NCBI GenBank assembly: GCA_973895155.1
Contig: OZ316895.1
Span: 4,079,659-4,143,658, forward strand
Length of the DNA: 64,000 nt
Direction: 5' to 3'
Source of the DNA: Marsupella aquatica
Lineage: Eukaryota; Plantae; Marchantiophyta
Numbering within the stretch: the stretch's first letter is position 1; the number at the start of each line of letters is the position of its first letter. The notes under the pieces are model-generated. The model made no database searches. It worked only from the letters and a program-made list of their open reading frames with translations, and was not told the DNA's origin. This document shows, piece by piece, positions 37,980-52,559 of the stretch. The translations under genes and the position numbers were made by a program.

Positions 37980-38310
37980 CCTCTCCTCTTCTCTTCCCTA
38001 AAAATTCTGTCCCACAAAACAAACCGCAATGCAAATGGTGGGCAGATATCGATTGATTCAACCTAGTCAGGAAATGACCTTTCACCCGTAGTTCTCAGAC
38101 CAATTGCTTTTTCTCCACTTTCACCACAGCACTGTGCTCTGCTCCAAGCGACGAGGATTGAACTGAACTGAACTGAACAGTGGCAATCTTTAAGCTCAAC
38201 CTTTGCTGCGGCATTGCCCATCAACTCTCCTCTCCTTTCCTTCGTCTTGTTCTTATTTTAAATTCATTCTTCGGTATACACTAAAGTCTTGTTTAGGAAC
38301 TTGAAGCCCT

Positions 38311-38467
38311 GATGGACACAGACCTTTGGCAAAAAGCCAGGATGGACACAAGCCAGGATGGACACAGACCTTTGGCAAAAAGCCGGGATGGACACAGACC
38401 TTTGGCAAAAAGCCAGGATGGACACAGACCTTTGGCAAAAAGCCGGGATGGACACAGACCTTTGGCA
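38311..38467. repeat. 30-bp tandem minisatellite just upstream of PIN4
   Basis: GATGGACACAGACCTTTGGCAAAAAGCC(A/G)G about 5 times, plus one 16-bp partial unit. Confidence 0.95.
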
Positions 38468-41400
38468 CTGTGAATTGCTCGTATAACACGCTTTTTGATT
38501 GTACTCCTAAAGTGACCTGTAAGGCGGTGTTTGACCGGGACCAGGAGGTTTTTCGGTTGGTTCTTCCGGTAGTCTGTCCATTAGGCCGGTTTTCCTCCCC
38601 ACAACAATGGCTTACTGTCCTTATGATATTTGGCAAAGTAACCTGCTTAGCAAAGAGAAATCTAGACGGTAAAAGCGAGCCATGACTAAGGTTCTTATCA
38701 GCATAAGTTCTCAGTGTATATGGACTCAGCTCCCTCAGCGCTATGCATTTGTCTTATGTTGCTCCATAGTATGTTACTGGCATTCCTTGTTTAGAGGGAG
38801 TATTGGGATAATATGCTCCCCAAAACGTGCTCTTATTGCGCATAATGCTTGGTAACAGTACCTTACTACACTAAAAGGTTTTTTTTTCTAGCATTAGTAA
38901 AAGTAGAGGCTAATTTTCCTAAAGAGGTGATACCAGATCTTGACCAGGGCATTATGCTCCCATAATGCTCTGTGAAATACAAAGGGAAAAATCACAAATG
39001 GGCATTGAGTTGTAAGGAAAGGTCCTTGAGGGCAAAATATCACTCACACCCTTGCAGCATGTTTAAACACCAAAGCCGCCAACTGGCCCCAGGATCTCCT
39101 CATAAAGACCTTGGGCCGGGAATGGATCCAAGTCAACCAATGATCAAAAGGGTCATGAGTCCAGTAACTTGAAGTGTAAATGGGATGAATGGTCCCTTCC
39201 TCCCTAGTCAAGGGCCTTTTCTTCTTGTAAAAGAGTGGAGGAGAGCAAGATCAATGTACTGTCCTGCAGCACATTACTCGGCATTGGGTTATGATTCCGT
39301 GGGCTGTCGATCCTGTTGGAGTGAGGTGCTCCACTCCAAAACCCTAGAGGGTTAGGATATGGCTCTTTCATCTTCTGAGGTTTCCCCTTCGTTTCTCACC
39401 TGTATTTGGGTCTCTGTTTGGATTATTTGTTTTTTGACAGTGTGATATGTTAATATATCATTTTGTAGCTTCCCAATTTGATGAGAATTTTTAGAATGTA
39501 AAAATAATGGACTTCTTAAGGTTTTTGCGGGGCTTTTTGTATGGAGAGACATAAAGGTTGAACAACGTACTCTGATGGACTCAAGAAATCCCAGTAGACA
39601 GAAAAAACAATAAATTATACTCCCATAACAGTACTCACTGTTTTTTCAGGGTGCTTTGCTCCACTTGTGTTACACTATGGCTTTAAGGTATCCATCTTAG
39701 TCTTAAGAAACCAAGTGAACCTCTTTTATTCTAGGTAAGCTTTTTTCACTTTAGGAGATGTAATGAAGTTAGTATTACAATTTTGAGTCAGTGGAAGGCC
39801 AGGAATGTCCATGGACCTTGTGGAGCCCATGAAACTCATAGAGTCCTTGAAGGCCCATTGAAAATCCCAATAGCCCTCATGGAACAGTGAGAATCCTAAA
39901 CATTCCCTATTCTAAAAACCCAAGTTTCTTTACTTTTGAGATTGTAGTGATGGCGTTTAAACCACCAGTTTGTACAAAAAAAATCTGGTGACTCCACAAA
40001 CTACAGTAGGCAAATTGCTTTTGTGGACAAGCAGTCTGGGATAGCCTTATGATCAGATCTCCCTACACTCTTTTCCATTGAAGAAACCATTCAATTTTTG
40101 GCTCAAAACCAAGGACAACTTTTAATAGCTGTTTAATAGTGGGACTCAAAATTCGGTCGAGGTCATTAGTCGCTGAATGACTCTTATGCCCGTAAGGCTG
40201 ACCATGGCCTGATATAACTGGCTTGGAATATTTTTGAGTGGAATATTGCGAGTTAATTAACCAGAACTGGCGAGGGCGAGAGAGATGCTCATACCTGCGC
40301 TGAGAGCTCCGCTTTCTGAAAGAAAAACACAGGGTGATGTTTAAGCCCAGGTGGTCATTGGGAGACAGTCAAAACCCGCGACCACAGTGTGTGGACTTGC
40401 CCTTGGGGCTGCCACACAATGTAACCCCAGACCAATATTTGAGTCCCCCTAATACTGCATCAGCTATGACCATCCTGCACACTCGGTATAATCTTGCTTT
40501 GCCCTGAATTTGAGAGATTCATTGGTGTATTTGGTGGCAGTAGCAATGATATAGTCACTAGTTTAGTTTTGCAAAATGCTTAAGTGCACTTCAACATTTT
40601 TGTTTAAATTGCGTTTCTACTGAACACCATTATTGCTAATCTACTATTCCTAGATCATCAAAGGGCTCGGTTTCAAATGATCAGTGGCAGTGGAAATCTG
40701 GATCTTCGAATTGTAACTCCTTGAATGTGCTTCGACCAAATTGATAATTATGTCACAATCGGTTTTATTCTACCGTCCATTTTGGACATTGTGGATGGAG
40801 AGTTGATCCCTCTTATCAATGTGTAGTAGGTAGGTCTCACTTTGCAATTGCGGTCCATTTGAACATTCTGGATGTAGAGTTGATCCACTCTTAAAATCAC
40901 TCTGTAGTAAGAAAACTACTTCTCGAGACCTCGTAGGTCTTAATTTGGAACTGCAGCCCATCTGTGTTCTTAAGAAGGTCTGCACGTCACTGTGAGACCC
41001 TTGCATTTACCAACGCTTGAATACATAATAGGCAGAGCCTGATTCACTCGTAATTTCAAATTGTAACGAAGAAAATTGCTTCTAGAGCCTGCTCAATCAC
41101 TGGTGAGGTAGCAGGAACCACACAGTACCTTGGGTGGAGGTTGTTGCTTAGAATTTCCAGACTCATTTAAAACCACACTTTGATCACTGCCTAACAGGAA
41201 AACTTTGGTTTATATGACCGAGAGGCGTTGCTAGATAGTTGAGACATGCATTTGTTGAGAAGTTAGAGCATCTCTACCGGTCCCAATGAGAGGCCCAGTA
41301 CAGTAAAAATGCCACAGCAGAATACAGAGGCCGCCAGCAATGTAGCAGGGACCACCGTCTTTCCCAGTCAAAGTTTTGACGTTTGTCACAGGCTCAACAT

Positions 41401-44400
41401 TTATTTCAATAAGAAACGTGATTGTTTCTAAATTCTGCAGGACCTGCAAAGTTGAGTTGCCGCTCCTGTCGCAAGTCAACCTCTGGAGCAGAGATACTCT
41501 CAAAGCAAACTTAGGTCTCTCAACAAACCAAATTTTGAGTGGCACAGCTTGCTGCTTTTCGGAAAATGAATCCAATGCGATAGATTGTCAATGGTAAAAC
41601 TCAATTGAGAGTCACTTCAAAAAAGTTCCATGCAAGCTATTGCGATTAGAATCACCTGTACGTCTGAACCTTCACATTAGTTCATCTGCCTGAAAACACA
41701 GCCAGAAGAACTTGATCCTGGTATAAGGTGGTATCTTCTGTACCCAAAATCGTTTTTACCTCAATGTATATTTCAAAGGAGGAAAAAAGGTGTGAAATCC
41801 AAGCTTCAGCCGGCCGTTTTCACTTTTGGAAACTCGTTACCAGTAGCAAGACAATCTGAAGACTTACACAATTACAATTATCAACAAATTAGAAGAAATA
41901 GACGACTCTGTCATATCCCTTAAAGTCGAAGATCAGCAGCACTTATCAAAACCACGTCACCGTAATATATCAAAAGCACCTAAACAAAATCACAAGCAAA
42001 GAAAGTCATATCAAGACAGAAGCAAAATTATGAACAGATCAGATTTGATTAACATAGTGTGATAATCTACCACGATGCAAATCTGGACTCCTGTACAGAG
42101 ACAAGCAAGTCTCTTGGTCATTCTGAGAGTCAGACATGTCCCTTTAAGTGCGGGATGAGTAGTGTATAATTTCTACATCAAGGTTTGAATTTGAGGTTTC
42201 CACAACGTAATGACGCAATGGTACCCTAAATAATGCCTTTGTGCCTTCTCAAGATATACGCGCGTACAATAATTGACTACAGTTAAATGTTCTTTCACGA
42301 GCTCGTCCAAAGGATTGCCGAACAAACCTGTTCTGAGCTCCGACTACCTGAAGGCTACGGCAGAGAAAGTCGTGTATCCCCAACACCTCTGTTCCCAGTC
42401 GGTCTTCCTTCACATTACACTTGTGACACATTCATCCATTTGACTAGCTCGGTCTCCATAATCAAAATGAAACAAAAATCCCTAAAAATTATCACCCCTC
42501 CTGCCCCTGCTCTCTTTTCTACACTCTTCAAAAATTTAACCTAGCTTGTCGGTCCCCTGATACTCATCACCGAGGTTTTTCACGGGCTTTCAAATCACTC
42601 CTAATTCCTGGCCATCTGCTCCTCTGATCCCTCTGCCACCACGCCATCCTTCATTGAAATTTCAAAAGATTTCATTAAATCATAGTCTTCCCATCAGCTA
42701 ATCGTTGTGCCCTAAAACCCAAAATCTTCTCTTGCCCATTCGGGGTGATCTCAACAGATTTCTCTCTCGAGCAGGGTTTCAAATGATCTCCATGTCTATG
42801 AATGAAAGACTTCAAACATAAGAACACCCATGAAATCAACCGTCCCTTCTGTCAGAAAATCAGCACGGTTCAATGCACAAAAGTATACGACGACAATATT
42901 GCAATGATTCTCAGTCTCGCTATGATCGTGTCTAAAACAAAAACATACAGAAGGGATCGATCTATCCGTGAAGACGAGGAGCTCCGTTCGGTATGACTTT
43001 GCCAAGAGCTCAAGCCTCGATGGTTTCCACGGTGGCCGTCTACTGGAGCTCGGAACTAATGAGTCACTGTGACAAGTGCCAGCCTCTCCTCGGAGAGCTT
43101 CTTGCCGGTGAAGCTCAGTATAAGGTAGAATTGGGTTAAATCAGCGAGCCGCCAACTATAGTTTGACCAGTTGACATTCATTTGACAAAACCAGAACCAA
43201 TGAAAGTTTGAGATTGATGAAACAAGTAACTGCGATTTCGTGGTTTCAGCTCATGCATCACCCTGCTGAAAGGATTCCTAAATTCTGGGGGTGATTGTAT
43301 GAAAATTGTAAACTGATAGTAAGCAACCGGCTTCACTACTGTCAGCCTAACGAATGAAGGCCGCAGCTTAAAATTAATCCTTAAAATGATTCAGTACGAA
43401 ATTTCATTTTCTTGTACTTGGCCCACTACTACCGTCTAAGACTTTGCCTTGAAATTCAGATTTAAGGGAACGTCACCCACGTCGCCCTCTAACAGTCTCG
43501 CCGATTGCTATGCCGCACTAAGAGTCTGTGATTGGCATCTAAGTCTATGCTTGCCAGACATAAACAGCCGAAAGTGGAATTGAATCCCACTGGATGCCTT
43601 GAGAATTGAAATCACATAAATTAAGAATACCTTGAGAACGACGGAAGATATGAGCCAGATTGTTCCCATGATACGAGAAATCTCCAATCATCAAAAAGTT
43701 GTTTCTTCGACGTTCGTAAGCAACGGATTAATATTCTGAAGCTTCCACAGGCCTGCCTATGAAAACACCATGAGAAACTTTTTATCACAAATTCTTCTCT
43801 CCAGTCACGGACCGTGGTACCAGAGTAACAGCTGATTTTCTGAGAGAAGATTCTCTTTCAGAACGCGCATCAGGTCTCACACCAGACTGGTGAGAGCAGG
43901 GTTGACCACACCTCAAATTTCCTGTGAGTAAAGTTGGTCGGTGCGTTTCTCCTACATTGTTGTTCATAACTGACTGCTGAAGAGCTGGCTGACACGTACA
44001 GGGCGCATCAAGGCAGGCTACAGGACATACGATTGGCTTCTGCACGGGCTCAAATATGAAATCGGACAAAACGGAAGTTTCCTTTCATGCCAATCCATCC
44101 TTTCCTTCTTGGCAGTGAGCGGAAAGATTCCTTGTATGATCTCGTGGCACAGTAGGTTACAGTGGCTAAAACGGATCGAGGGTGATCATCACGTGCAATT
44201 GTGAGGCGATTAGCAGAAAACTACTCGACAACTAGTCATGGACGAGGAGACTGAGAAGAAAAGGAGGAGCGGAACGGGGAAGGGTTGTGCTCGACTACAA
44301 GGGCAGACAATAAAATGCACAGCAGAAACCTAATCTGGCGAAGGACAGCATTCAGCTTTCGTGGGAGGGAAGAAAACCTGTGTGTTGTACTATACTGAGA

Positions 44401-46306
44401 CGAAGATGCTGCTACAGGTAGGTGTGGATGAGAGTGACGAGAGAGGCGGAGTCAGTGCACGAGTTCCAACTCGAGAGACACAGGGAATCTAGCTTGAACG
44501 CTGTGCTGAACAGGCCAAGAGGTTGGTAGCTGACTGGAGCTTCCCTCAATCATGAAGGTTGAGTGGCATTGCAACCGTAACTGTAAAGACTATATGGGAA
44601 CTATGGACATCATATCAGGCGTGATTGAACGGCCCTACTGCATCAGAATACCGGCTGTTGAGGCTGTTGATGCCGATTCTTCTCTCCACAGGTTTCGAGA
44701 TAATCCGAGCACCTTTTCATAACAGTAAGTCAACACGTTCATATTCGCTCTGAACGTAATATCACGTTGAAAGGAACACAAAACTCAAATGTTTTAAAGC
44801 ACTACAGTAATTTCACATGCGACACGTGCATCATCTGCTATTTCATTGTGCACGTGGTCAAACCAAAACAATTTGATCGAGAATCCTGTACACATGTTTC
44901 TCACCCGGGCTACCTTCGCTCTCAACCTCATCTCCTTCAAATGGACGTATTTCTGTTGAATGCAGTGTCCTTGGATCGAACAGTTGTCTGATCGGTCAGA
45001 TTGGTTTCTGTTTGCAGTCTTTGGAAGTCGTGGTTAAGGAGAATGGGTCTTAGCTCCACGGGATCGGGATTAAGACTATGCCGGAAGCAATGAAGCAGGT
45101 CCGGTTAAAATGAAGTTCGGATAAGTTCGGAGAACGATAAGATCGGAGAACCATCACACGGAAGAGAGACACGAATGATGAGAAAACTCTTTCGAAGTGG
45201 TCCACAATTCATCACGAGCAATTTAACTGAATGGGTTCTAGCGGCAATTTATTGGGATCAATGCGGGCTTTAGTTATCGAAGAACTAGAAATGTGATTTA
45301 ATTACACAGAGCGATGCCTTACGAATTCCAGTTTTTCAGAGGTTTCGACGAAGACTGAAGAGAAAGTTGGATATAAAAATAGCATAGCCACTGATGGTGT
45401 AGTGTCCTCAGGAATAGCGGCTGCTTATCCTTGCTGAGCATGGACTGGAAAAGAATCAGTGAACGACGAAATAGGTGAAACAGACACGTGAATTGTGAGT
45501 GAAATGCCAAAAGTACAGCTGCACATCGACAAAGAAAATGGACAAGGAGAAAAGACGAAGAATTGAGTGTGTAGGCGATCGAGACGAATAGTAGTGGAAG
45601 CTGCAGTTGGAGACTGGAACGAAACGTTCACGCTATCGAACATCTCGACTCCCGTTTTAGGAGTAGATTTGTCTCATTTCGTTTCTTGTGTTTCATCAGA
45701 AATCAAGACAAACACAAAGTGGCTGTGACACTTCTGAGAGGGCAATCCAGCCTGATGAGAAGACAAACCCCTAGAACACGGGATCATGCCCATGCTTGTA
45801 TCTGGCATCGTCAGAAGCTATCGAAAGATGACCGTAAGATAATATGTCCAATGATCGCGCTAAAGTTGGTTTGTTGCAAATTTCCTAAAGTACATTACAC
45901 AACATCATTCTATTTCATACAGACCTTCTTTTTTGCATTTGAAGTGCGGAATTTATCGTGATTCTGGTTTCCAACCACTGTTTCCTCGCTGTTACCAGAA
46001 ACTTCACATCTGTAGCGCGACTTCAATTTTTTTAATTGTATCGAAAGGACAATTACCGGGCATGTGACCCAACCGTTGGATTAATTATTCGAGACAATGG
46101 GTGAGTGGGGGCTCACCATAGTTATTTAGTCGCCAAATGTTTTCCATGCAACTCATTGGCTGATGTACAGTGGATCATCAACTTGGGGCCGGTCTTCTCG
46201 AATAGCTGTGCCTATCCCCTGAGGAGTCTATTTCATTCATGCACTCATTTCTTTCATAGGAGTCTACTGTAGGTCATTCATGCTCACTTGTTCGTTCGTG
46301 CTTAGG

Positions 46307-49300
46307 TAAAATATACACATACTTTATACACAAAAAGGCCAAATAGAGTACAAAAGAATAAACAAGAGAGGTCCCAAGTGGACAAAACCAAACGCAAAAG
46401 AAGTGAGCAAAAGGAAACCCTAAAAACCAAGAAAGAGTAACTAAAAGAAGTGAGCAAAAAGAAACCCCTAAAAACCAAGAAAGAGTAACTAAAACTACCG
46501 CAAATGGACCGAGGTCCTCATCATACCTAGCAAATGTGGCAACAAGCTAGTGGTCTACATCAAGTGTCAAAACTAGATCGGCAAGTGGGACAGGAATGTC
46601 CTCTAGTGGGGCTAGCCGCTGCGGAGTCACACTAGCACCCACTGTCAGAGATCGACGATAGACGGCCCGAGCTTGAGCATGCGGTGACTGAAATGCGTTG
46701 GCGAAAGTGCGTGGTCAAAACAGATAGCGGGGGCCCGGTGGGACCCATCCGGCCGTGAACATCCCGAGCAGCTTGGCGAAGAAGCCCGTCGAACTGATGA
46801 TGGAGACGCCCAAATATCTCAAGAGCAAGGGGCAAGAAGCTATCAGATGAAGCTCGTGCAGCATATTTGGCCTCCTTCGTTGTTGCTGCTCGTGATGCTG
46901 CTGCCCCTGCCGTTGTTGCCGCTGTCCCAATGATGTCTTGGCGCAATGGGTTTGCCACCACTACATCTGCCAAAGTACGGTGACCGTCACGGACCATGGT
47001 AAGATCCACCCGTAACCGCTGTGATGGAGGACCAGGTAACTTGAGCACCACCTCCCGCCGCGCGCAGACCAAAGAGCCAGAGAGAACCTGAGCAGTCGCA
47101 TCTCTCACAGCGTCATGAACAAAAATGGTTTCGCCGCCCAAACTGCATCAAAGAAGATGGACACCTGTGGCATCACAAGGCTTCCCACAACTGCAAGTAG
47201 GAGGTAAACCAGCAAGAAGTGGGTGGGGCAAGCCCATACGAAGACGCATGGCTATCGCAAACTCCGTTGAAGACATCCGCAGGTGAGGAATGACTGGATT
47301 GGCCTGAAGCCAGCCTCCTGCGCCCTTCCCTCCGGAAGAAAGAATCCGAGCTCGGTCCGTGTCAGGTGCCTCGGTGAGGATGCTGGAAAGGGTGAAAGCG
47401 TGCATACGCCCAGCAAGGTCTGCCTGAAGACGGACGGGGTCCAAGGATAAAAACTCCTGGAATGAAGGTAACGCAGCTCGAACAGGATCGGGTAATGATG
47501 ACCGCGCCGTGCGCAAATGAACCTGAAATGGGAGGGAACCCTCCTCGACCTCCATGAGGGATGAAAGTAAAAAAGGTCGATCCTCAGTAAGGAAACGATC
47601 AGCCAACAATGAGAAGGCGGCCGCCCACGCGCCCAAGAAGGCCAAAGGTGCAAGGCGCTCAGTGGAAGTAAGCCCAAAACCACCGTGAGAAATAGGAAGA
47701 CTGAGCTGTCGATGAAGCCGCGGAGATGAGAGTAAAGTACCTGGCCCTAAAAGAGAGGCCAAAGTCTCACGAATGGAGACATCAAACACTCGGAGGTGTA
47801 GATAAAGATCCTCGGTAGGGGGATGTGTCCGAGCCAAATAGGACGCACGAGGATGGATGCATCTCAACAACAACCCAAATGCTGCCTGAGAGTCTGCTAA
47901 CTTAGGGAGCATAGGAGTAGGGGCTAAGGCAGCCTGGAGAGCGTCAGCAATGAAAGATGAGCAAAAGGAGGCGGTACCGACTGGGGAGCCAAGGACCCGA
48001 AGACCGTCAGCAGGACGTAAGAACCCAGGGGGAAGCGCAAGATCAGAGGGTAACCCAGCTGGACTCCATGCACGACTCTTCACCGGCTGAACTCGTAAAC
48101 CGAGGCCCAACAAATGGGTGGAAAGGGTGGCGAGGGCAGAAGTAACAGCAACAGGTGGACCAATGATGTGGGTGTCATCTGAAAGGGAGGGGAAGATACA
48201 CTGGGGGTGGGCCGCGGAGGCTTCTCGTAAAGCTGTAAAATGTGCAATGGCAAAAAGAGGCCCACCCAAAGGGTCACCCTAACGTGTACCTTCTGTAGAA
48301 GAAAGAGTGGTATACGCTCCTGTAGAGGTGTGATGACTATAGAAGAGGGGGGCCTTGAACCCATAAAAACAACGGACAAAGGGGATAAGGGACTGGATGT
48401 CTGGATCCGCTGCCCTCAAAGCACGAAAAATTGCTGCCCGAGAAACCGTATTGAAAGCATTGGAGACATCAACCTGGAGGACAACCCAATCAGGGTGGAG
48501 GTCCAAGGTAGTACGAATACCCGCAATAACTGTCTCACAACCGCCAGGAACGCCCACTGCAAACTGATGTGGAGAGAGATGATCCGATAGTGCAGAGCGA
48601 TACTGCGATGAAAGTGCGCGAGACACCAGACGAAGAAAAACCTCTCCAATAGCTATGGGCCGAACACCCGGTGAAGACTTAGCCATGGCCAATAAACGAG
48701 AAGCACTCAAAAGCCGAGAGACGGGAGGAGGCAAACGGCCGGCAGCAATACACTGGCAAAAGGAGAAGAAAACTGGAAAACCAAACTGAGGATCCTCAGG
48801 GGGAATAAATCACGAAAATGCTCAAAGACATAGCCAGAGGGGCCACCAGCCGCGCAACGCGGAGCATGGAGAAAAGCATAGGTGAAGTGGTCCCTACTAA
48901 ACTGAAGATCCTCCTCAGGCTCAAAATCCTCCACGAACAAAGGGAGCTGATCATAGGGCTGCGGATGGAGATCCTGAAGGGCCGTCAAGGTGACCTCGCC
49001 AGGGGGGGCTGGTGTGGTGGGAGAAAGGGCCTGGACCGCACGACGATATTCACCAGCCTGGGCCAAACGACAAGAGCAACGAAGGCGTCTGTGCTCTGGA
49101 GGATGAGAGTGGCGAGCTGGGTCAGACAAAGCACGGGTAGTAAAGGAACGGGCTCGAAGAAAGTACTCTTCCTGAAGCTGTTCCCAATCTCCCCGCAGAA
49201 AACGATGGATACGAGAGGCAGTCTCACGATGACCCACGCGACCACCGTGACTAGGGAGGGTAAGAGTCCACTGTGGAAAAATCATGAGTAAAGACCAATA

Positions 49301-50070
49301 GGAGACCTCGATAGGATGCGCCAAGATAAGCTGCATGAGTTGCAACAAGGATGACCGAACTAATGGGCACAACGCTAGTGGGATGTGGTTATAAAGGCGA
49401 GGTCTAATGTACCCTGGATGGTAGGCTAGAAGGGGGTCTAGAGAGCGAACCCAACTCCATGCCTGCTCGGAAGCCTCCAAGGAAGGAGGGGCAGAGCTAA
49501 CTGGGTCAAGAGGGGGCTGGGGCTGGGATTGGGCTTGCTGGCGACATTGGCACCGGCCCCGCCCGCGGTGATGAGGAAGGGAGAGGCCAACCCAGCCACA
49601 CTCAGGACAAGTATGCAGGGGACGCTCGTCTGGGGAGGGAGCAGGGAACGACTGGACAGGAGGTGGGGGGGAACCGACGTGGATGAAGAGGCCGGAGGGG
49701 GATGCTGGAGGGGTGGAGGGGGAATGGGCTGGGGAGAGGACCCAGGGCGTCGATGGGGTGGGCAGTAGACTAGGGGGACTGGTAGAACATCGGGCATGGG
49801 GTCATCACGAAGATGAGAGAGATCCAATGAAGAAGAGCAAACACGAAGGCGACCACGAGGCGGGGGGGAGGAGGGGGGAGAACTGTGTGGGGGGGCTGGG
49901 CGCTTGCCCCGCGCCAACACTCTCAACGTAGACATGACAGGTCGCAACCCAAGAAAAGCAAAAGCGCATCAAGAAGCGACAAAAGGCCCAACCAAGACAT
50001 GTGAAAAGAAAGGGAAGGCTATGGAGAGAGCCCACCGCGTCAAAATCCGAGAAGCGGCGCCACCGCTAGC
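46307..50070 (-). mobile_element. Near full-length CRE/R2-type non-LTR retrotransposon (single ORF: ZnF-RT-CCHC-RLE), inactivated
   Basis: N-terminal Pro-rich region and CPECG..HH....C zinc finger (~49610-49550). RT motifs AGGPSG, RPIAIGEV, DVSNAFN, *GDPLGG, SDDT, LG. Then CSCG..HLL*C knuckle, HD, RVDL..ADVVV..KEAKY..FLPLALEIFG (RLE). Stop at 46547, then a T-rich 3'UTR. Two nonsense codons and frameshifts; ends are approximate. Confidence 0.93.
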
Positions 50071-52559
50071 CTAGAAAACCGTTGAGCACGTGCAGGCACA
50101 GCCGGGAACAAAGCTGGAGCTCTCGTCGATGTGTCCGTTGAGGAGTCGATGCGAGTGAATATCTCTCCGCTGATTTGAGCGTGCTGCTACAGCTCCCAAA
50201 GATGGTGGAATGCAAACTGGTCCACTAAACTTGGCAAAAACCACCTTGTCAGAACTGAAGAAGAAAGGCATTCATGTTAATAGAAATGATGCCAAAAATG
50301 ATCATGCATGATCATGGTTTCTAACTTTTGACATACTTAACATCCACTGGTTTATTAGATCACATAAATTTTGATGAGGCCCTAGAGTTGTCTAGAGCCT
50401 TCATTCTAGAAGCTTAGACCCCAACTTTAGCTTCTCATTTCAATTCATTAGTCTCAGAGAGGCATGACTTTGTGGTAACTCACTTGAGAAACTGATCACT
50501 TAATAGAGAAGGATAGATCTTAGATTCAACTATTGTCATTGACTCTTCCTTTGTGTGAGGTTTCACAGATTTCCCCTTTAATTTTTTTCATAAAAAGAAC
50601 TCATTAGTAGGACTACTTGGAAATGTTTTTTTTATAAATATAATAAAGGCCACTAAAACCCCACAACAATGGATCTCGAACCATGTAGCACCAAAAACAA
50701 AGCCTCAATTTGACATGAGTATTGTGATTAGCCTGAATACCCAAGCTTTGCTCATAAATAGATGATGAGTACGCTTCCAAGTCCACCTCTGACTTAGCTG
50801 TGCGTGCAGAGCAGACTCTAGGCGGTAGGCCCTTATTCTAGCTTTCTAGAGCGCCATATTAATTGGTATGTATTGGTCATGGATTCTCACAACGGATCAA
50901 GAAAACAAGACTGAGTGCTGGGAAATCCATTGCAACCTGCTCACTCAGGCTCACTGCTCTGAATAAATCTGTCTGTGGAGTCACTTCACCCACTTGGAAA
51001 GCCTGTAATTCTGCAAGGAACCCTAAGACTTTTTGAATTTTTTTACCAAATTTTGCCTTTTCCTTTCCAAATTTTTGAACTGCTAGTGATATTTAAACCC
51101 TAAACATTTCATTTACTTTAATCTGAGTGAAATTAAAAAGAGCACTTAGGGAATGCAAGCTTCATGAAGGTGATCTAAGGGTGACTTTACAAGACATCAA
51201 ACCCATTGCTACTTTTAATTCACTCAGATTAAATCTAGACCATAGGATGTGTGGAAACTGTTCACGAGAACTCAGGGACTGGCCAAATACAGTGTCTACC
51301 GATCCTACATTGCAAGCTATGGGCCCAAGTTGATGTGGAAAGCTTAATGTTCTGTCTAGAACTTTACACCACGTCTAGAGGTAGTGAAACATTTACGAAC
51401 TTCATTTAAGGGCTTTGCATATATTGAACTTCATTTGCAAATACTATTCATTGGTCTAGAGTCTCTTTAGAACAAGAAGTCGCACTCGGGTTTGCTTTGG
51501 GTGAAAAATATCACAAGTACCCCCACTTCTTTTAAAGCCACCCCTAAAAATAGAAGAGGTTGGTTGGATTGAGAATCTCACAGGGATTCTCTTTCCAAAC
51601 ATCATGTTACTTCTCATGTGAGCAACAACATAGATATCACTTTACCCCAAACAATAAAATGAGCTAGCTAACCAGGGAGACAAGATACCAAAGGCAGGAG
51701 ACCCAATCTTGACCCAATCTTGTAGGGAATGAAGTGAAGTCCTTCCAACTCCATGCACTCAAAGGAATCAAGCTCGACCAACTCTTGTCTTGATTTATAT
51801 GGATATTAAACAATCTTGCCATAATTTACAATACTTGAGATAATTTGCTTTGCTGACTTCAGTTCAATCGTCACACCCTGAGAAGTTGACGGAGTACTTC
51901 ATACTCATTTCGCTCCCTTTTTTTACATTCTTACGAATATTATTGATTAATATGGTCACCTTTATCCACCAGGTTGTGAAAATCGAAAGACCATCTACGA
52001 ATCCATTTAAAGATAGTTAAATCAATCAGGTTTAACTTAGAAATGAGAAAGAGAACTTATTAGTCTTGATAGCTGGGCCGAGCGAAATTTCACATAGAGG
52101 TTGAGTGTACCACAGCATTTTTGCTTGTATTTCCTAAACCAAGAATAATTTATTGCAAACATGTGATTCCCTTTGTTATCAAGTTTGGCCTTGTTGGCTT
52201 GTCCACAACAAAACAAAAAAAAGGTATTAAGAATTCTGTCGTTGATCTTTCTTTCCTTTCTACTTACCATTCTCTGCACTTTTTACATTTGAGAATATCT
52301 TGTCGCATCTAGAGACTCGGCCGCTTGCACCAGATAAGGATTTGGCTCTGACTTTTTCTTTGCATAGTTTTGATATGGTATACGTTTTGAGGATGACTTG
52401 AAGTGTACGACAACCAGAAGGACAAACCCCAATAGCATCTAAGGCTATAAAGCACAATCAGTATGGAATTGAAAAGGTCCCGGTGTTAAAATACATCAAG
52501 AGAATACTCTAGCCAGCATAATACACTGGAGTACATCATATCTTTGCTGAACTTTTGTT

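Noticed and set aside
37105-38056. Long ORFs of 201 aa (-) and 179 aa (+)
   Set aside because: They are PIN4 exon 2 read through into its intron, and an antisense shadow of PIN4.
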